NCBI RefSeq assembly: GCF_036321535.1
Contig: NC_087447.1
Location: forward strand, 39,496,001-39,560,000
Reading direction: 5' to 3'
DNA: 64,000 nt
Origin: Camelus dromedarius
Lineage: Eukaryota
Shown: one piece after another, positions 25,954-37,538 of the stretch
How positions within the stretch are numbered: the first letter of the stretch is position 1
How the letters are laid out: every line of letters starts with the position of its first letter
The notes under the pieces: model-generated
What the model was told of the DNA's origin: nothing
What the model saw: the letters and a program-made list of their open reading frames with translations, nothing else
Database searches by the model: none
Position numbers and translations under genes: made by a program

Positions 25954-25955
25954 TC

Positions 25956-26504
25956 TGTCACTGGCAAAGCCCATTAACAATTCCCAGGAAATATAAACAG
26001 AATCTGTTGATAAAATAAAGTCTAACCTCTTTTCCTTTGTGCTTCGTCTAGTTTCACTTGCTCACAGGATACTGCGTGCTGAGGCCTCGCACCCAGCACT
26101 TCAGACCAGCGTTCCCAGTGCAAAACGGCTGCGCTGACACCTCAGCTCAGGGACTGTGTGCAGAAGCGCTGCCCATGACAGTGCAATTCAAGATGGCGGC
26201 GGAAGGTGGTGTGCGGAGACGCTAAACAGCGATCTGGAGCGTGAGCAGCAGGGCTGGGAGCCGCGCGAGAACTCCGCGAGAACTCCACCCTCTCCCCGCC
26301 GACCTGGACCCTGTAAAGCAGCTCCGCCCACGGCCTGTCCAGGAGAACCCATGCTCCACAGAGCAAGCTCACTTCTCTCCATTCTTTGATCAGAGAATAA
26401 AGCTTTCCTTTGCTTCTGAACTGAACTCAGTCTCATTTTCATCGTAACAGCGACAACGGGCAAGAGGACCCTTGTAGGGGACCAACCTGGGAGGGTCAGT
26501 AACG
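25956..26504 (+). mobile_element. 3' LTR of the class I ERV provirus (CpG-rich)
   Basis: Starts TGTCACTGG after the PPT, AATAAA at 26396-26401, ends GTAACG; direct repeat of the 5' LTR. Confidence 0.9.
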
Positions 26505-27045
26505 ATGCTACACATAGAGCTAGGGGAACACAGGGAAGAGATTGGGATTATTGGTACTCGTTAGGAAGAAGCCTGTGGAACCAGGACCCAGACCTGTCAG
26601 GGAGGTGCTACCCACCTGCTGGCCCTGTTCCGCTGGCCCTGATAGCTCCTGAGCTGAGAGCGTGGACAACGCAGAGCTGGTTCCCACATCAGTGAGAAGA
26701 GGGTGCTTGCTGTTAGCTGGTGCTGGTCATGTGAGAGGGCACAATGACACTGCTTCTGGGAATGTGAACGAAACCCGAAGCCTGGAACCAAGTGCCACTG
26801 CAGGGTGACAAACCACTGCTCAGAGGTTGCTGACAGGAGCAGGAAGCCAACACTGACTGATGCAAGACCTTTCTTCCTCCTCCTGCCTTCCAGCTCCCTT
26901 CCGAGCACCGCTTACCGACAGAACCTAACAGGGGAACCACTGGCCAAAGAATCACATAAGGACAGAGTCCCAGTCCCAGGACAAAAATGCTGAGACTAGA
27001 AGGATGGGTTTGGAGCTGAGAAATCAGAGCTGAGTGACCAGAACA
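26505..27045 (-). mobile_element. ERVL-type LTR (LTR40-like), right part
   Basis: AGAAGGATGGGTTTGGAGCTGAGA...CCAGAACA terminus abutting ERVL internal sequence. Confidence 0.5.
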
Positions 27046-28250
27046 GCCCACCTGTTGGCCACTCAGCTTTCATGCACACCCTTCCACGCACACTTGGACT
27101 TCTATACAACTATAGAGTTTTATGCTTCTGCTTAACAAAATGCAACTATCCTTTGTGCAAGTGAGACACCCTCACCCCTCCCAGAGAGGAAAGACACAAC
27201 ATCCCAGAAGCAAAGGTGTCCATTTCTGGATGACAGTCACAGCGTCTGTCTCTGGGTAATGCAAACACCAGCCCCACCTGAATGTTTTGTAACCAAAGAT
27301 TAATTTTCAAGTTTACCACCACCACCAATACTCAGATAAATTACAAGGGAAGGAAGAGATGGAAAGAGCAGAAATAAGTGTATGTTAAGGACACATGTGA
27401 GCAAACGTGTGGAAGGAAGCATGCATAGTGGTGACAATCCTTGTTTCTGCAGCTGATCACCAGGCAGAGTTGAAATTTATGACTTCCTTCCTCTTCTCCT
27501 CATTCTATGTTTCCTTCCTTTGCATTCAGCCAGCATATCAGCTGGTGTGGGTTCTTTACCTGCTAGAATGACCTCAACTTTCAAAATCTAAAGGGTCTGA
27601 ATCCTTAGTGGTTCTGCCCACTTTTCTGTTAAGTCTCACTATTGGACACAGAAGTACCAAGTGTTGCCCCCAAGTACCCCCAGGCTCAAGGCACGGTCCT
27701 CCGTGTCCTCATTGGGTGGCAGCCATCCAATTTCTCCTTGTCATCAGAACCTGTCACCCCAGCAGAGAGAGTAAGTCCCTTTTTTGCCTTTTAGTTTTGT
27801 GACACAATGAGCCCGTGATGGTTCACTTCAGCGGAGCCTTTTGTGGCCCCAGGTGCAAACATTCTTCCCTTGGGTACTCACCTCCAAAAATCAGAACAGA
27901 GTTCTGTGAGTAAGTGTGTCCACCCCTTGATACTTGGTCCTGTATATTTTATTTTTGTGGGAAAACAGAAATATGTATGGGTTGCTTATTCAAAGTGTAT
28001 CCTGCATCCTGTTAAATGGAACCCTAAACTTTCACGGTGGTGTCTCCAGATCGGTGCTATGGCTAGGTCTTCCGTAGGCTAGTCCACTCTAACATCTACC
28101 TAGCCTGCTGCTGCTTACAAGGTAAGAATGGTACATCCTATGGATAGGGACCTGTTGCCTCACTTCTTTTGCTGTGAAATGTGTTCCTTGAGCAGAAGTA
28201 ATGTTGTGGGGGAAACCACGATGGTGAATAATGTCTTTTGCAAGTTCACA
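27046..28250 (-). mobile_element. ERVL internal remnant (integrase and dUTPase-like)
   Basis: Minus-strand translation near 28140-28250, IIHHRGFPHNITSAQGTHFTAKEVRQ, matches ERVL integrase (PHSIASDQGTHFTAKEV). A dUTPase-like GVTGSDDKEKL lies near 27725-27760. Confidence 0.8.
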
Positions 28251-28259
28251 GAGTCAAGA

Positions 28260-28640
28260 CAATTGTTTAGTATCAGCCATAATGTGCAGCACCTGGAAGG
28301 CACTACCACCCCTGGGCCTGAAAGGGAATGGGGAAGAAATTGTGCTTCTGAGCCATGTAAGAGCTAGAGGTTCGGAGGAGGCGTCTCCCTCCCACCCACG
28401 CCAGCAGGAGCTGTGGCCACGGAGGGACTTCTGGAAAGAAGTGCTCCAATCTCACCTCCTGCTGCCGTTTAACCTCTGGCCAGGGCCTCACTTTGTCTGA
28501 ACCCAAAGGGAACCAGCAGGCAAAAGGGCTGTAGTGATGCCTTCCAGAGGGGTGAGGCTCCTAGAGCCCAGAACAAAGCAAAGAAAGGCTGATTGTGGGG
28601 TTGCAGTGAGTAAGGGTAGTCAGGAGGGTATAATCAACAC
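28260..28640 (-). mobile_element. ERVL-type LTR fragment (LTR41-like)
   Basis: CTACCACCCCTGGGCCTGAAAGGGAATGGGGA motif. Confidence 0.5.
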
Positions 28641-29369
28641 ATAGAAAGAATGATTCAGGCAGAAGAAATCTCTCGTAACCTGAAGTCCTAGGTAGGAGAC
28701 TGAAGGGTTTAGGACCCCAGTTAGCATGTCCATTGCTTCTTTGGGTGATAGTGGGATTGTCAGAAGGTAACATGAACGCAGAGTCTGGCACAAAGATAGT
28801 GCTCAAAAGTTGGTGGTTATTAGTAATAAAACTATCATCTAAGGAAGAAAGAGGAGAAAATATACCCAAAGGAAATAGGATGATGATGATGATATGAAAT
28901 AACACTGAGGTTCAAAAGCCAGGTTCTCCCTGTCTTCATGATCTTAAAATCCCGGCAGCAAGCATGGGCCTGGCAATGAGAATCCACTCAAGGCTGATAA
29001 AGGAATAAAAGTGACATGGAAATAATTCTAGTGAGGAAGAGGCCCAGAGGTCTGGAGCAGGTGGCCACACATGGGATGGTGTCAACAAGCAAGCAAACTT
29101 GAAGTTTTAACCTAAGGATGCACACATTATCTCACTCACACCTTTGGGATGTAGGGGAAGAGAATTGCAACTTACTGTTGTTAGAGAAGACTGAGATTGT
29201 AAGTAAAAGTAAAGTGAAACAGTGGAGGAAGGGGCTGGGCAGAGAGATCTAAACACACCTGTCTGTGAGAGTGAGTGCCCAGGGGAAGAAGCCAGGCGAG
29301 AGCATGAGAGGGCTATGTGGGAGCATCTTTGGGGACATTGGCTTAAGGAGGCTGTGAACTGAGATCACC

Positions 29370-29600
29370 TTAATAATAGTTAACATTTATTAAATGCTTA
29401 CTACAAACCAAGTACTTTTTTGTAAATCATCTTTTTTAGGCCCAATATCAATTCTTTATGGTCAATACTATCATACATATTTCACAGAATTGGAAATCAG
29501 AGCTCAGAGACGTAACATGAATGATAGCACAGCTAGCACAGGGTGGAGCCAGGATTTGATCCCGGGTCTTACGAATTTCGAGTCTATGCTCTTAGTTACT
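29370..29600 (-). mobile_element. MIR SINE
   Basis: TAATAATAGTTAACATTTATTAAATGCTTACTA...GGAAATCAGAGCTCAGAGA...GGAGCCAGGATTTGA. Confidence 0.65.
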
Positions 29601-29624
29601 TCTTGTCATAGCTAGCTTCTAAGA

Positions 29625-30192
29625 GGATACCAGGAGGCGCCCTAATGATTCAGGCCTGCTAGTATTTGTACTCGGTGTGGTCCAGTTCCCCACCAGACCA
29701 AATTCACTCACAGTTTCTGTGGGTCAGAAGCTGGGAAGTTGTGTAGCTGGGTGGTTCTGGCTCACCGTATCTCGTGGTTTGTGTGACCAGTAGAATACAG
29801 CTGAAGTGATGGTCTCCAGGACTAAGTCATAAAAGACATTGTGGTTTCTGCCTCTCTCTCTCGGATGAGTCTCTGGGGAAGATAGGTGCCATGTTGTGAG
29901 GAAAGGCCCAGTTGGTGAGGAGCTGAGGCTTCCAACCAGCAGCCAGCAAGGAACTAAGGCCTCCTGCTGAGCCACACGACTGAGCTTGGAAGTGGATCTT
30001 CCAGGCTCAGTCAGGCCTTCAGATGACTGCAGTCCCCACTGACATTCTGCCAGCAACCTCATGAGATACGGAGAGCCAGAGCCACCCAGCTACACCACTC
30101 CCAGTTCCTGACCCATAGAAACTGAGAGCGAATGAATGTTAAGTCACTAAGTTTTCAGGCAATTTGTTATGCAGAAATAGATAAGAAATATG
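29625..30192 (+). mobile_element. MaLR LTR (MLT1E/F-like)
   Basis: GAGCTTGGAAGTGGATCTTCC...CCTTCAGATGACTGCAG...TTTGTTATGCAGAAATAGATAA. Confidence 0.7.
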
Positions 30193-30750
30193 TTATCATA
30201 ATAACAACACAACATAGCAAGGAATCCTAACGTCTTCTCAAAATTCCAACGTTTCTCATCTGGGCCTTGATAAATGAGTAGGAACTCACCTGGAAAGCAG
30301 GGCAAGGGACACAGCAAGTGACAAAATCAGAGAGTTCAATGCAGCACCTGAGAACATTAAATAGTATAGTTCAGCTTTGAAAAGAATATGTTTTAGGAAC
30401 AGAAAGAAATGGTGGGCAGCCTGTCAGGGGTAGATTATGAGGGCATTATTTACATCACTGTAAGATGTTTGGACTCTATCCTGTAGGTAATAAGGAGCCT
30501 CTGACCAATAACAATAACGGACCGAGGCAGTGATGAGGAGAGATTTTTTTTAAATAACGTAAGGAAAACAAATAACCCAATTTTTAAAATAGCAAAAGGT
30601 TTAAAGATACCTTACTAAAGAAAATATAGGAATGGCAAGTAAATAAGCATATGAAAAAATGCAAATCAAATTAGTATTTGTATAGATCTAAAGCTGCCAA
30701 ATGATCCTTTTTTTAAAATCCATATTTAACTTTTTAAGAGCCATTGTAGT

Positions 30751-30850
30751 GGGTAGAAGGGTATAGCTTACGGGTAGAGTGCATGCTTGGCATGCACAAG
30801 GTCCTGGGTTCAATCCCCAGTGCCTCTGTTAACTTCTGTTAAGGGGAGGA
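30751..30850 (+). mobile_element. Vic-1-like tRNA SINE
   Basis: GGGTATAGCTTACGGGTAGAGTGCATGCTTGGCATGCACAAGGTCCTGGGTTCAATCCCCAG. Confidence 0.8.
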
Positions 30851-32303
30851 AAGAAAAAGGACATTATAACCATTTATTTATTCTTGCACAGTTGCCCTAC
30901 CTATAATAAACACAATAAATGTCTGATGATTGTGCCAGAAGGTCTAGAGCTGCTCTTCTTCATTTGTAAACTATAGTATAAAATTAAACATACATGATAT
31001 CTATTTTCCATCATTCCAGTATATATCTATAGAATCAATATGGGGTTTTCTGCATATGCCACATAAGTTTGAATTGGAATTATTTCTGACAGCATTCATT
31101 TATCATGGTAGGTGAATAATTATGAATGCAAAGGATTTTAATCAAATCACATCCAACAGCTTATGCATTTTCCATAGTTCTTGAATTTTGGCTGATCTTA
31201 ATCATCAACGTTTCATCACATACCCCAAGTCCCTTTCATGATACTACATTTAAGAAAAACTAGAAATCATTTGAAACTTGATATTCAGCCTACATTTCTC
31301 CTCCAAATTAAAAAAAAAAAATGATGTGAGACCATAGAGCTGGACACTTATTAGGAGTCTTATTGTGCTAGTCCTGGCGGGAGACGGTAAGAATGGAGCT
31401 GGGCAGAGATGTGATGGGGAGGAAGGACAGACATAAAATAGGATGGGCAGAAAAATTGTGGGTTCAACAGAGGGTATGTGGGTAGAGAGACAGACAGACA
31501 GACAGGGACAGAGAGATGCAGATAGAGATGTGGAGGGAGACGGGGAGAAGTGGTTCTGGCACAAGATACACTGAGTTGTTGGTTCTTTTATTCTCAAGAA
31601 AGATATAGGACAAGATTTGGAATAACACATCAAAAAGAAACTAGAAGAAAAACCTTTACAAACAATAGGGGTCTTTTTTCCCCCTCTTTTCTGCACAGGG
31701 CGAAAGTTTAAGCCCTCCTTACTACAAGTTTTCAAGTATAAAAGAATTTTTCTTCCAGGGGGTTGAGATCTGTGAGCTGCCAAGATCAGGACAAGAGGGA
31801 AGTGCTCAGGGTGCAACAAGAGCTCTCGGTTCAGCTGAAGCTTCCGCACCCCGAGGGCTGCCCGGCACCGAGAGAGGATAAGGAGTTTCAAGGAAACTCT
31901 GTGAGGCACAGTAGCTTCTCTAGGAGAACAGCCCTCCATAGGAGGGCTAGGCAGGCGGCTCCCTTCAGGGCTCTTTCAGCCGCTGGAGCCTCTGAGGTCC
32001 GTGGTTGGATTGAGCTGTCTCGAATCATGGGCTTCCTGGAGAGTGATCCGCTGTCCATCACCCGCAGAACGTTCCCGCACTTCAGAGCATCCTCTTACGG
32101 AAAGGGCCTTCTGCCTTCTCAAGTTCTTTTGTCAACAGTCTCCTCAAAGAAGCCCAGGCTACTGGGGCAGAAATGAATGCAAGCTCACATTCTCCTTAGG
32201 ACCGCTTAATCATTGCCTTGATCACCACTCCCCACACCGCCCTTGTTTCAAAAGCCTACAGGTAGGAAAACTTCCCTTTCTAGGCTGAATTAACAGTAAG
32301 GCT

Positions 32304-32429
32304 GGGGGAGGGTATAGCTCAGTGGTAGAGTGCGTGCATGCATGAGGCCCTGGGTTCAATCCCCAGTACCTCCATTTAAATAAATAAATACCCAATTACC
32401 TCTCCCCAAAATTTATTAAAAAAAAAAAA
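32304..32429 (+). mobile_element. Vic-1-like tRNA SINE
   Basis: GGGGGAGGGTATAGCTCAGTGGTAGAG...CTGGGTTCAATCCCCAGTACCTCC, (TAAA)n and poly(A). Confidence 0.88.
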
Positions 32430-34599
32430 CACAGCAAGATAGAAAGAGTCCATTGATGAGTGGTCCCTCAAAACTTACATAGAGAAAAGAAAGAACTTTC
32501 CACTTTCCTCAAGCATGTGAGTGAACCATAGAGGAATCAGATCGAGTGATAGCAGTTATCACCCTGCGATCAAGACACTTCTACAACATTCAACACCTCC
32601 ATATACTCACTCCCCTCCCACCTTGGCCCATTAGACAGAGCCAGCTACCAAGACAGGCAGCTCAAGAGAAACTGAAGCTTAAAAAAAAAACTTTGGGTTC
32701 AAGAGAGATGACAGGGCAGAGGTAATACATGGGAGGGAGGCAGGTTTGCTCTGCTTCCCTTCAACCTCTTTTGTTTTTTAAATAGCATTTATCACTCTCT
32801 GCTTTCATCTTGTCCATACATTTGTTTTTGTTTTCTGTCTCCTCTCCTAACTTGAAAACTCCTTGGGAGCATGGTTATTTTCAGTCTTGTTCATCACTGC
32901 ATCTCCAGGGCCTCAAATAGAAGTAGGCATTCGATAAATATTGAATGAATGAATGAATGAAGATGCCCCCCAAAGGTGGGCTCTCAGGAAGGTGAGCCTG
33001 GGAGAAGATTTTCATCTCCAACCCTATCCGGACCACATGGCTGGAATGCATTCATTTCACTTTGTCATCCCAGCTAGAGACTCGCTTGGGGAAACAAGCA
33101 TCCCTTAGAGCCGCGGCCACCTCTGGGAGGTGAATAACCATTCATATCTTCCCCTAAGCCCAGTCTGAGTGCTTTCCCCAGGATAGGGAGCTAAGATCCC
33201 AGGCACTGAAAAGATGGGCATTAAGAGCAGGAGGGCATTTGGGAGTAGGAAGACCTCCAGGAGTCCCTGCATCCCTGGGTTTAGGACCAGGGAGGAAAAA
33301 GCTCCAGAAGCCAGACAGGGGAAGTGGAAGAGGGTCTCACGTAAGCTGTACTTACCTGCTTACAGGGTTTCCATACAGCTGGGCTTGTGCCTTAGAAAGA
33401 AAATTGAAATAGTTCCTCTTTCTCCTTCTCCAAGAGATTCTGAAACACACAAGGAAGCAACCTCACAGGAAACAGCAGAAATAAACAACAAGGCAACAGC
33501 CCCAGGCCCAGGCTCTGCAGACCTGGACCTTGGGTCAGAGCTAGCTGCCTCATTCATTCATTCATGAATTAATTTAACCAATGTTTAATGAGCACAGATT
33601 TGTGCTAGAAATTGTGCTGTAGTGTCCTCAAGACTTTCTGGCTTCTGGATTCCTAAAGTTTTTGTGATCTACTGGGCAAAACAATGTTCTCTAAGGAAGT
33701 GACAGTCTGATAGCTGAATATCATATTCAAATTACTTGGTGGAATACAAGCCATTTTTAACTTGGGATTTGTCTGCATTGCCTTATACTGTTCACGAATT
33801 GCGTCCCAGGCCAATTGGATGCTCCTTGAATACAGGCCCAGGTCTAATATTTACCATTGCAGTAAATATTGCTAACTTGGGGCTCAATTCTGCTGCTCTA
33901 GTTGTTGCTCTGTTTTTTGTTTTACTTCTCCTGTTTTCTGTGAGATCGTTTTCTCACGTGTTTCATAATCTTGGATTGTAGGCTAATGTACAATGGTGTG
34001 GGATTTCTGTGTAGCCTGGAGGGCAAGTGTATTTTCAAGGAGGCTTTTGCATTTGCTTCAGCCAGCCTTGTGACCAGCTCAGGATGTTTCTCATGTCCAA
34101 TTCTTAGGGACTCCCCCACCACTTAGGTAGTGTGAATTTGAACCTGTAATATTTGAATAACCCCTGTGGATAAAACTCTTTAGTTACAGCTGGCTTCAGG
34201 TTACAATTTCTCAGAAGGGAAACTTTTTTTTCTTACCCAGAACCTTGTACTCATGTGCAGAATTTTCCAGAATGTGCCTTTAAAAGATATTGGCTCTCTG
34301 TAGGAGTCTCAGTTTAAGGCCTTGTCCCTGTCCCTGAATGGGCAATGAAACTCAAACTTGACAATTTTGCCCCCAAGTACAAAGTATCATTAACTGCTTG
34401 AAACTCCTTAGCTTCCACTCCATTTTTGGACCCTGAGCATTTCCTTCTGCCAAAGTGTACTGCAGAAATGGGTGTCTGTATTTATTCTATGACTCTTCTC
34501 TAATTGTCCATGTTCACAATAGACATGTTATTTCAAAGCCAAATCAATAAATTTTTCAAAATGTGCTATGTACAAGTCTCCACGTGGAGCACAAAGAGG

Positions 34600-34820
34600 G
34601 AGAAAATACTGTGAGCCACGCACTCTTAGGTAGTTTCACATACATCATCTTATTTGATTCTCACAGCAATCTTAGGAGATTGTTGTTATCCCCATCTTAC
34701 AGATAAGGAAGCTGAGGCTCCAGGCTAAGTGACCTGCTCAAAGTCACATATCTAGTCAATAAGAAAACTGGCATTACACCCATGTCTGTCTGACTCCGAA
34801 GTCTGTGCGCTCCCACTGTG
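34600..34820 (-). mobile_element. MIR SINE
   Basis: TTATCCCCATCTTACAGATAAGGAAGCTGAGGCTC...TGTCTGTCTGACTCC. Confidence 0.7.
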
Positions 34821-34999
34821 CCAGGTGGAGGATTCACGGCAGAGCCAGAGAGAAGACGTAACCAGCAAGAGGCTCAATATCATGTAAGAGCAGAAAAATA
34901 AAACAATAAAAGCTACGTTGCAAGAGATACTGCAAGGAAGCAAGGACCTGAGTAGTTGCTGCTGAGACAGACCGGGGGCTATGACTTCAGAGGGGCCAT

Positions 35000-37070
35000 A
35001 GTGAGCTGGGAGGAGAGACTTAAGCCTTGATGATACTGTCTCAGGGGAGAAGCGGTGAAGCACTGTCTTGACAAAGGGGAGAGCTTAGGAAGAGGCATGA
35101 AGGTGAGAGAGCACATGCCTGCTATGGTGTCCATGAGTGGACAGGGCATGGTTATGTAGAAGTATGGCTGGGAGATAAGAAGGGAGAAGTTTGAGGCCAA
35201 GTAATGGAGGAACTTGATTGCCAATGGATTTGGACATATTAAGTAGATAATAAAGAGACTTTGCAGGCTTTTAGCTGGGACAGATGTAGCCAAGGCCGTG
35301 GTTTAGGAATACATAAATGGAAGTCATGTCATGATTGGCTGGAGAGAATGGAGGAAAGGAGGGAAACTAGTGCACCTGGATTAAGGGGGATCTGTCAAAA
35401 GCAAATAGAAAGGATGGATAAACAGACATTTCTCCCCCTCAGGGTGCCAGGGCCCATTGGTCTTAATTAAGCAGCAATTAAATGGGAATTTGAGGTACTG
35501 TCAGGGTATACAGCACTGCCACATTCTGTGCACTCGGCACCAGCTGGGACACTGGAGCTCAGTCCCTAGAGCCAGAGCTGGTCCAGTGAGTTGCCAGGAG
35601 AAAGGAAGTCAGTGTAGGCCACAGCCAGGAAAACACACAATAATGTCAATGCCCGGAAATTCTGAGTGCTGCCTCTAAACTCATCCATCAGTGAGTGTGA
35701 CACAGGGAACAGAAGGCAAAGATTGAAGGCGGAAAGATAAGTGTTAAACGTTACAAGCAAATGGGTCTAGTAGCCATGGATGGAACCCCAGGCTCACTTT
35801 AATTGGCCTTAGGATGCCTAGCACATTGTGGGTTAGTTTAGTTTAAAGATTTAAGCTTAAAGTGAGCAGCTTTAACATCCGAGCTGGAAGGGGATATAGA
35901 GATTGCATCCCCTCCTCTAAATGTCTGTGTCTCTGTTATAGTGCTTATCACAATGAATCTCAATGACCTAATTCCCTGTATTTCTTCCCTACTGGACTAT
36001 GTGAGCTCTGTGGGCAGGGACTATGTCCTATTTATCTGCCCTGGCTTCTGGCACAAAGTCCAGCACAGAGAGGATGCCATGTAAGAGTTAATGGTGGCTT
36101 GGGGCAGGGTAGTAGCAGTGGGAGTGGTGAGAACTGGTTTGTTTCCAAATACATTTTGAAGGTAAAGCAAAATGGGTTTCCTAAGAATGTGGAGTCTGCA
36201 AGCAAGAGTGGAGCGAAGAATGAGTCAAGGGTTTTGGCTTAGGAAACTGGAAGGATAAAGTTACAATCATCCCAGATGGAGAAAGCTGCCAGTAGAACAG
36301 GTTTCAGTGAAAAGACGAGGGTGTGATTCTGAACATGCCAATTTGGGATGTCCATCACACGTCCAAGTGGAGGTGCTGAGTGACCACTGGTTTCTCAAAT
36401 TTGAAACCTGAGAAGTTTGGACCAAAGGTCTAAGTTTGGGAGTCATCTTCATAAACACAGTATGAAAACTCTTGAAGCTGGGTGTTATCACCAAGGGAAT
36501 GAGTGTAGATGGAGAAGAAGAGAGGCCCAAGGTCTGAGCCCTGGAGTGTGGCCATGCTAAAAATTTAGGGAGAAGAGCACACCCTAACAAATAAGACTGA
36601 GAAAGAGCAACTGGGGAGATCGGAACAAAAACCAAGAGAAAGGAGAGTCCTGGAAGCCACATTGAGAAAGCACGTTAAGGGGGAGGGAGGGATTGACTAT
36701 GTCAAATGCTTCTGCAAAATCAATAAAGATGAGGAGTGAGAGCTGCCATTGGACTTCGCATGTGGGGAAGCACATAGGCTGGTGGGGAAGATAGATATGG
36801 AACAAGGTCATTGAATGTGGAGATCCTTGATCACCATGGTGAGACTTCAGTGGCTTGGTGGGGACAAAAGCCCAGGGGGAGAGTATAAGACAGAAGAGGA
36901 AGAATGGCATTGGAGATAAGAAGTGCAGACAGCTCATTACAGAAGTGGTGCAAGGAAGAGCAAAAAGATGGGCCAGTAGCTGCTGGGTGATGTGGGATCA
37001 AGAGAAGGTATTTGTCTGTTGGTTGTTCATTTGTTTGTTAAGATGGGAGAAATACCAGCATGTTTGCATA
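35000..37070 (-). mobile_element. Cluster of L2 fragments (mainly 35000-35350 and 36080-37070)
   Basis: TTTGGGAGTCATC, TGTCAAATGCTTCTGCAAAATCAATAAAGATGAGG; minus translation LIFIDFAEAFDIVNPSL is an L2 RT motif. Confidence 0.75.
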
Positions 37071-37151
37071 CTGATCCAGTCATTGAAAAGGCTAAGATCT
37101 TAGATAGATTTAAGCTCAAATCCCCAATCTTCTACCTTCCAGTAATGACTC

Positions 37152-37538
37152 TGTGATGGACCGAATGTTTGTGTCCCCCGACAAATTCATATGTTGAACC
37201 CCTACTGCCCAATGTGGTGGTATCAGAAGGTGGGGCCACTGGGAGGTAATCAGGATTAGATGAGGCCATGAAGGTGGATCCTCCATGGGTGGGATTTGTA
37301 CCTTTAAAAGAGCACTAGAGAGCTTGCTTCCCATCTCTGCTCTCCAACACGTGAAAATGCAGCGAGAAGTTGGAAGTCTGCAACCCAAAAGAGGGCTCTT
37401 ACCAGGACCAGAACATGCCACACCCTGATCTCGGACTTCTAGCCACCACAACTGTGAGAAGTTAATTTCTGTTGTTTAAGCCACCCAGTCTGTAGTACGT
37501 TGTTACACCATAAACACCTGAACAGATGAGGACAGACA
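37152..37538 (+). mobile_element. MaLR solo LTR (MLT1A/MST-like)
   Basis: TGTGATGGACCGAATGTTTGTGTCCCCC..AAATTCATATGTTGAA...TTTAAGCCACCCAGTCTGT. Confidence 0.8.

Noticed and set aside
31250..31939. 229-aa minus-strand ORF
   Set aside because: Runs through a purine/pyrimidine-biased simple-sequence tract, has low-complexity composition and shows no recognisable homology as a whole.
32304..32380. tRNA genes at the GGGGAGGGTATAGCTCAGTGGTAGAG elements
   Set aside because: The dispersed diverged copies have A-rich tails and TSDs, so they are tRNA-derived SINEs rather than tRNA genes.
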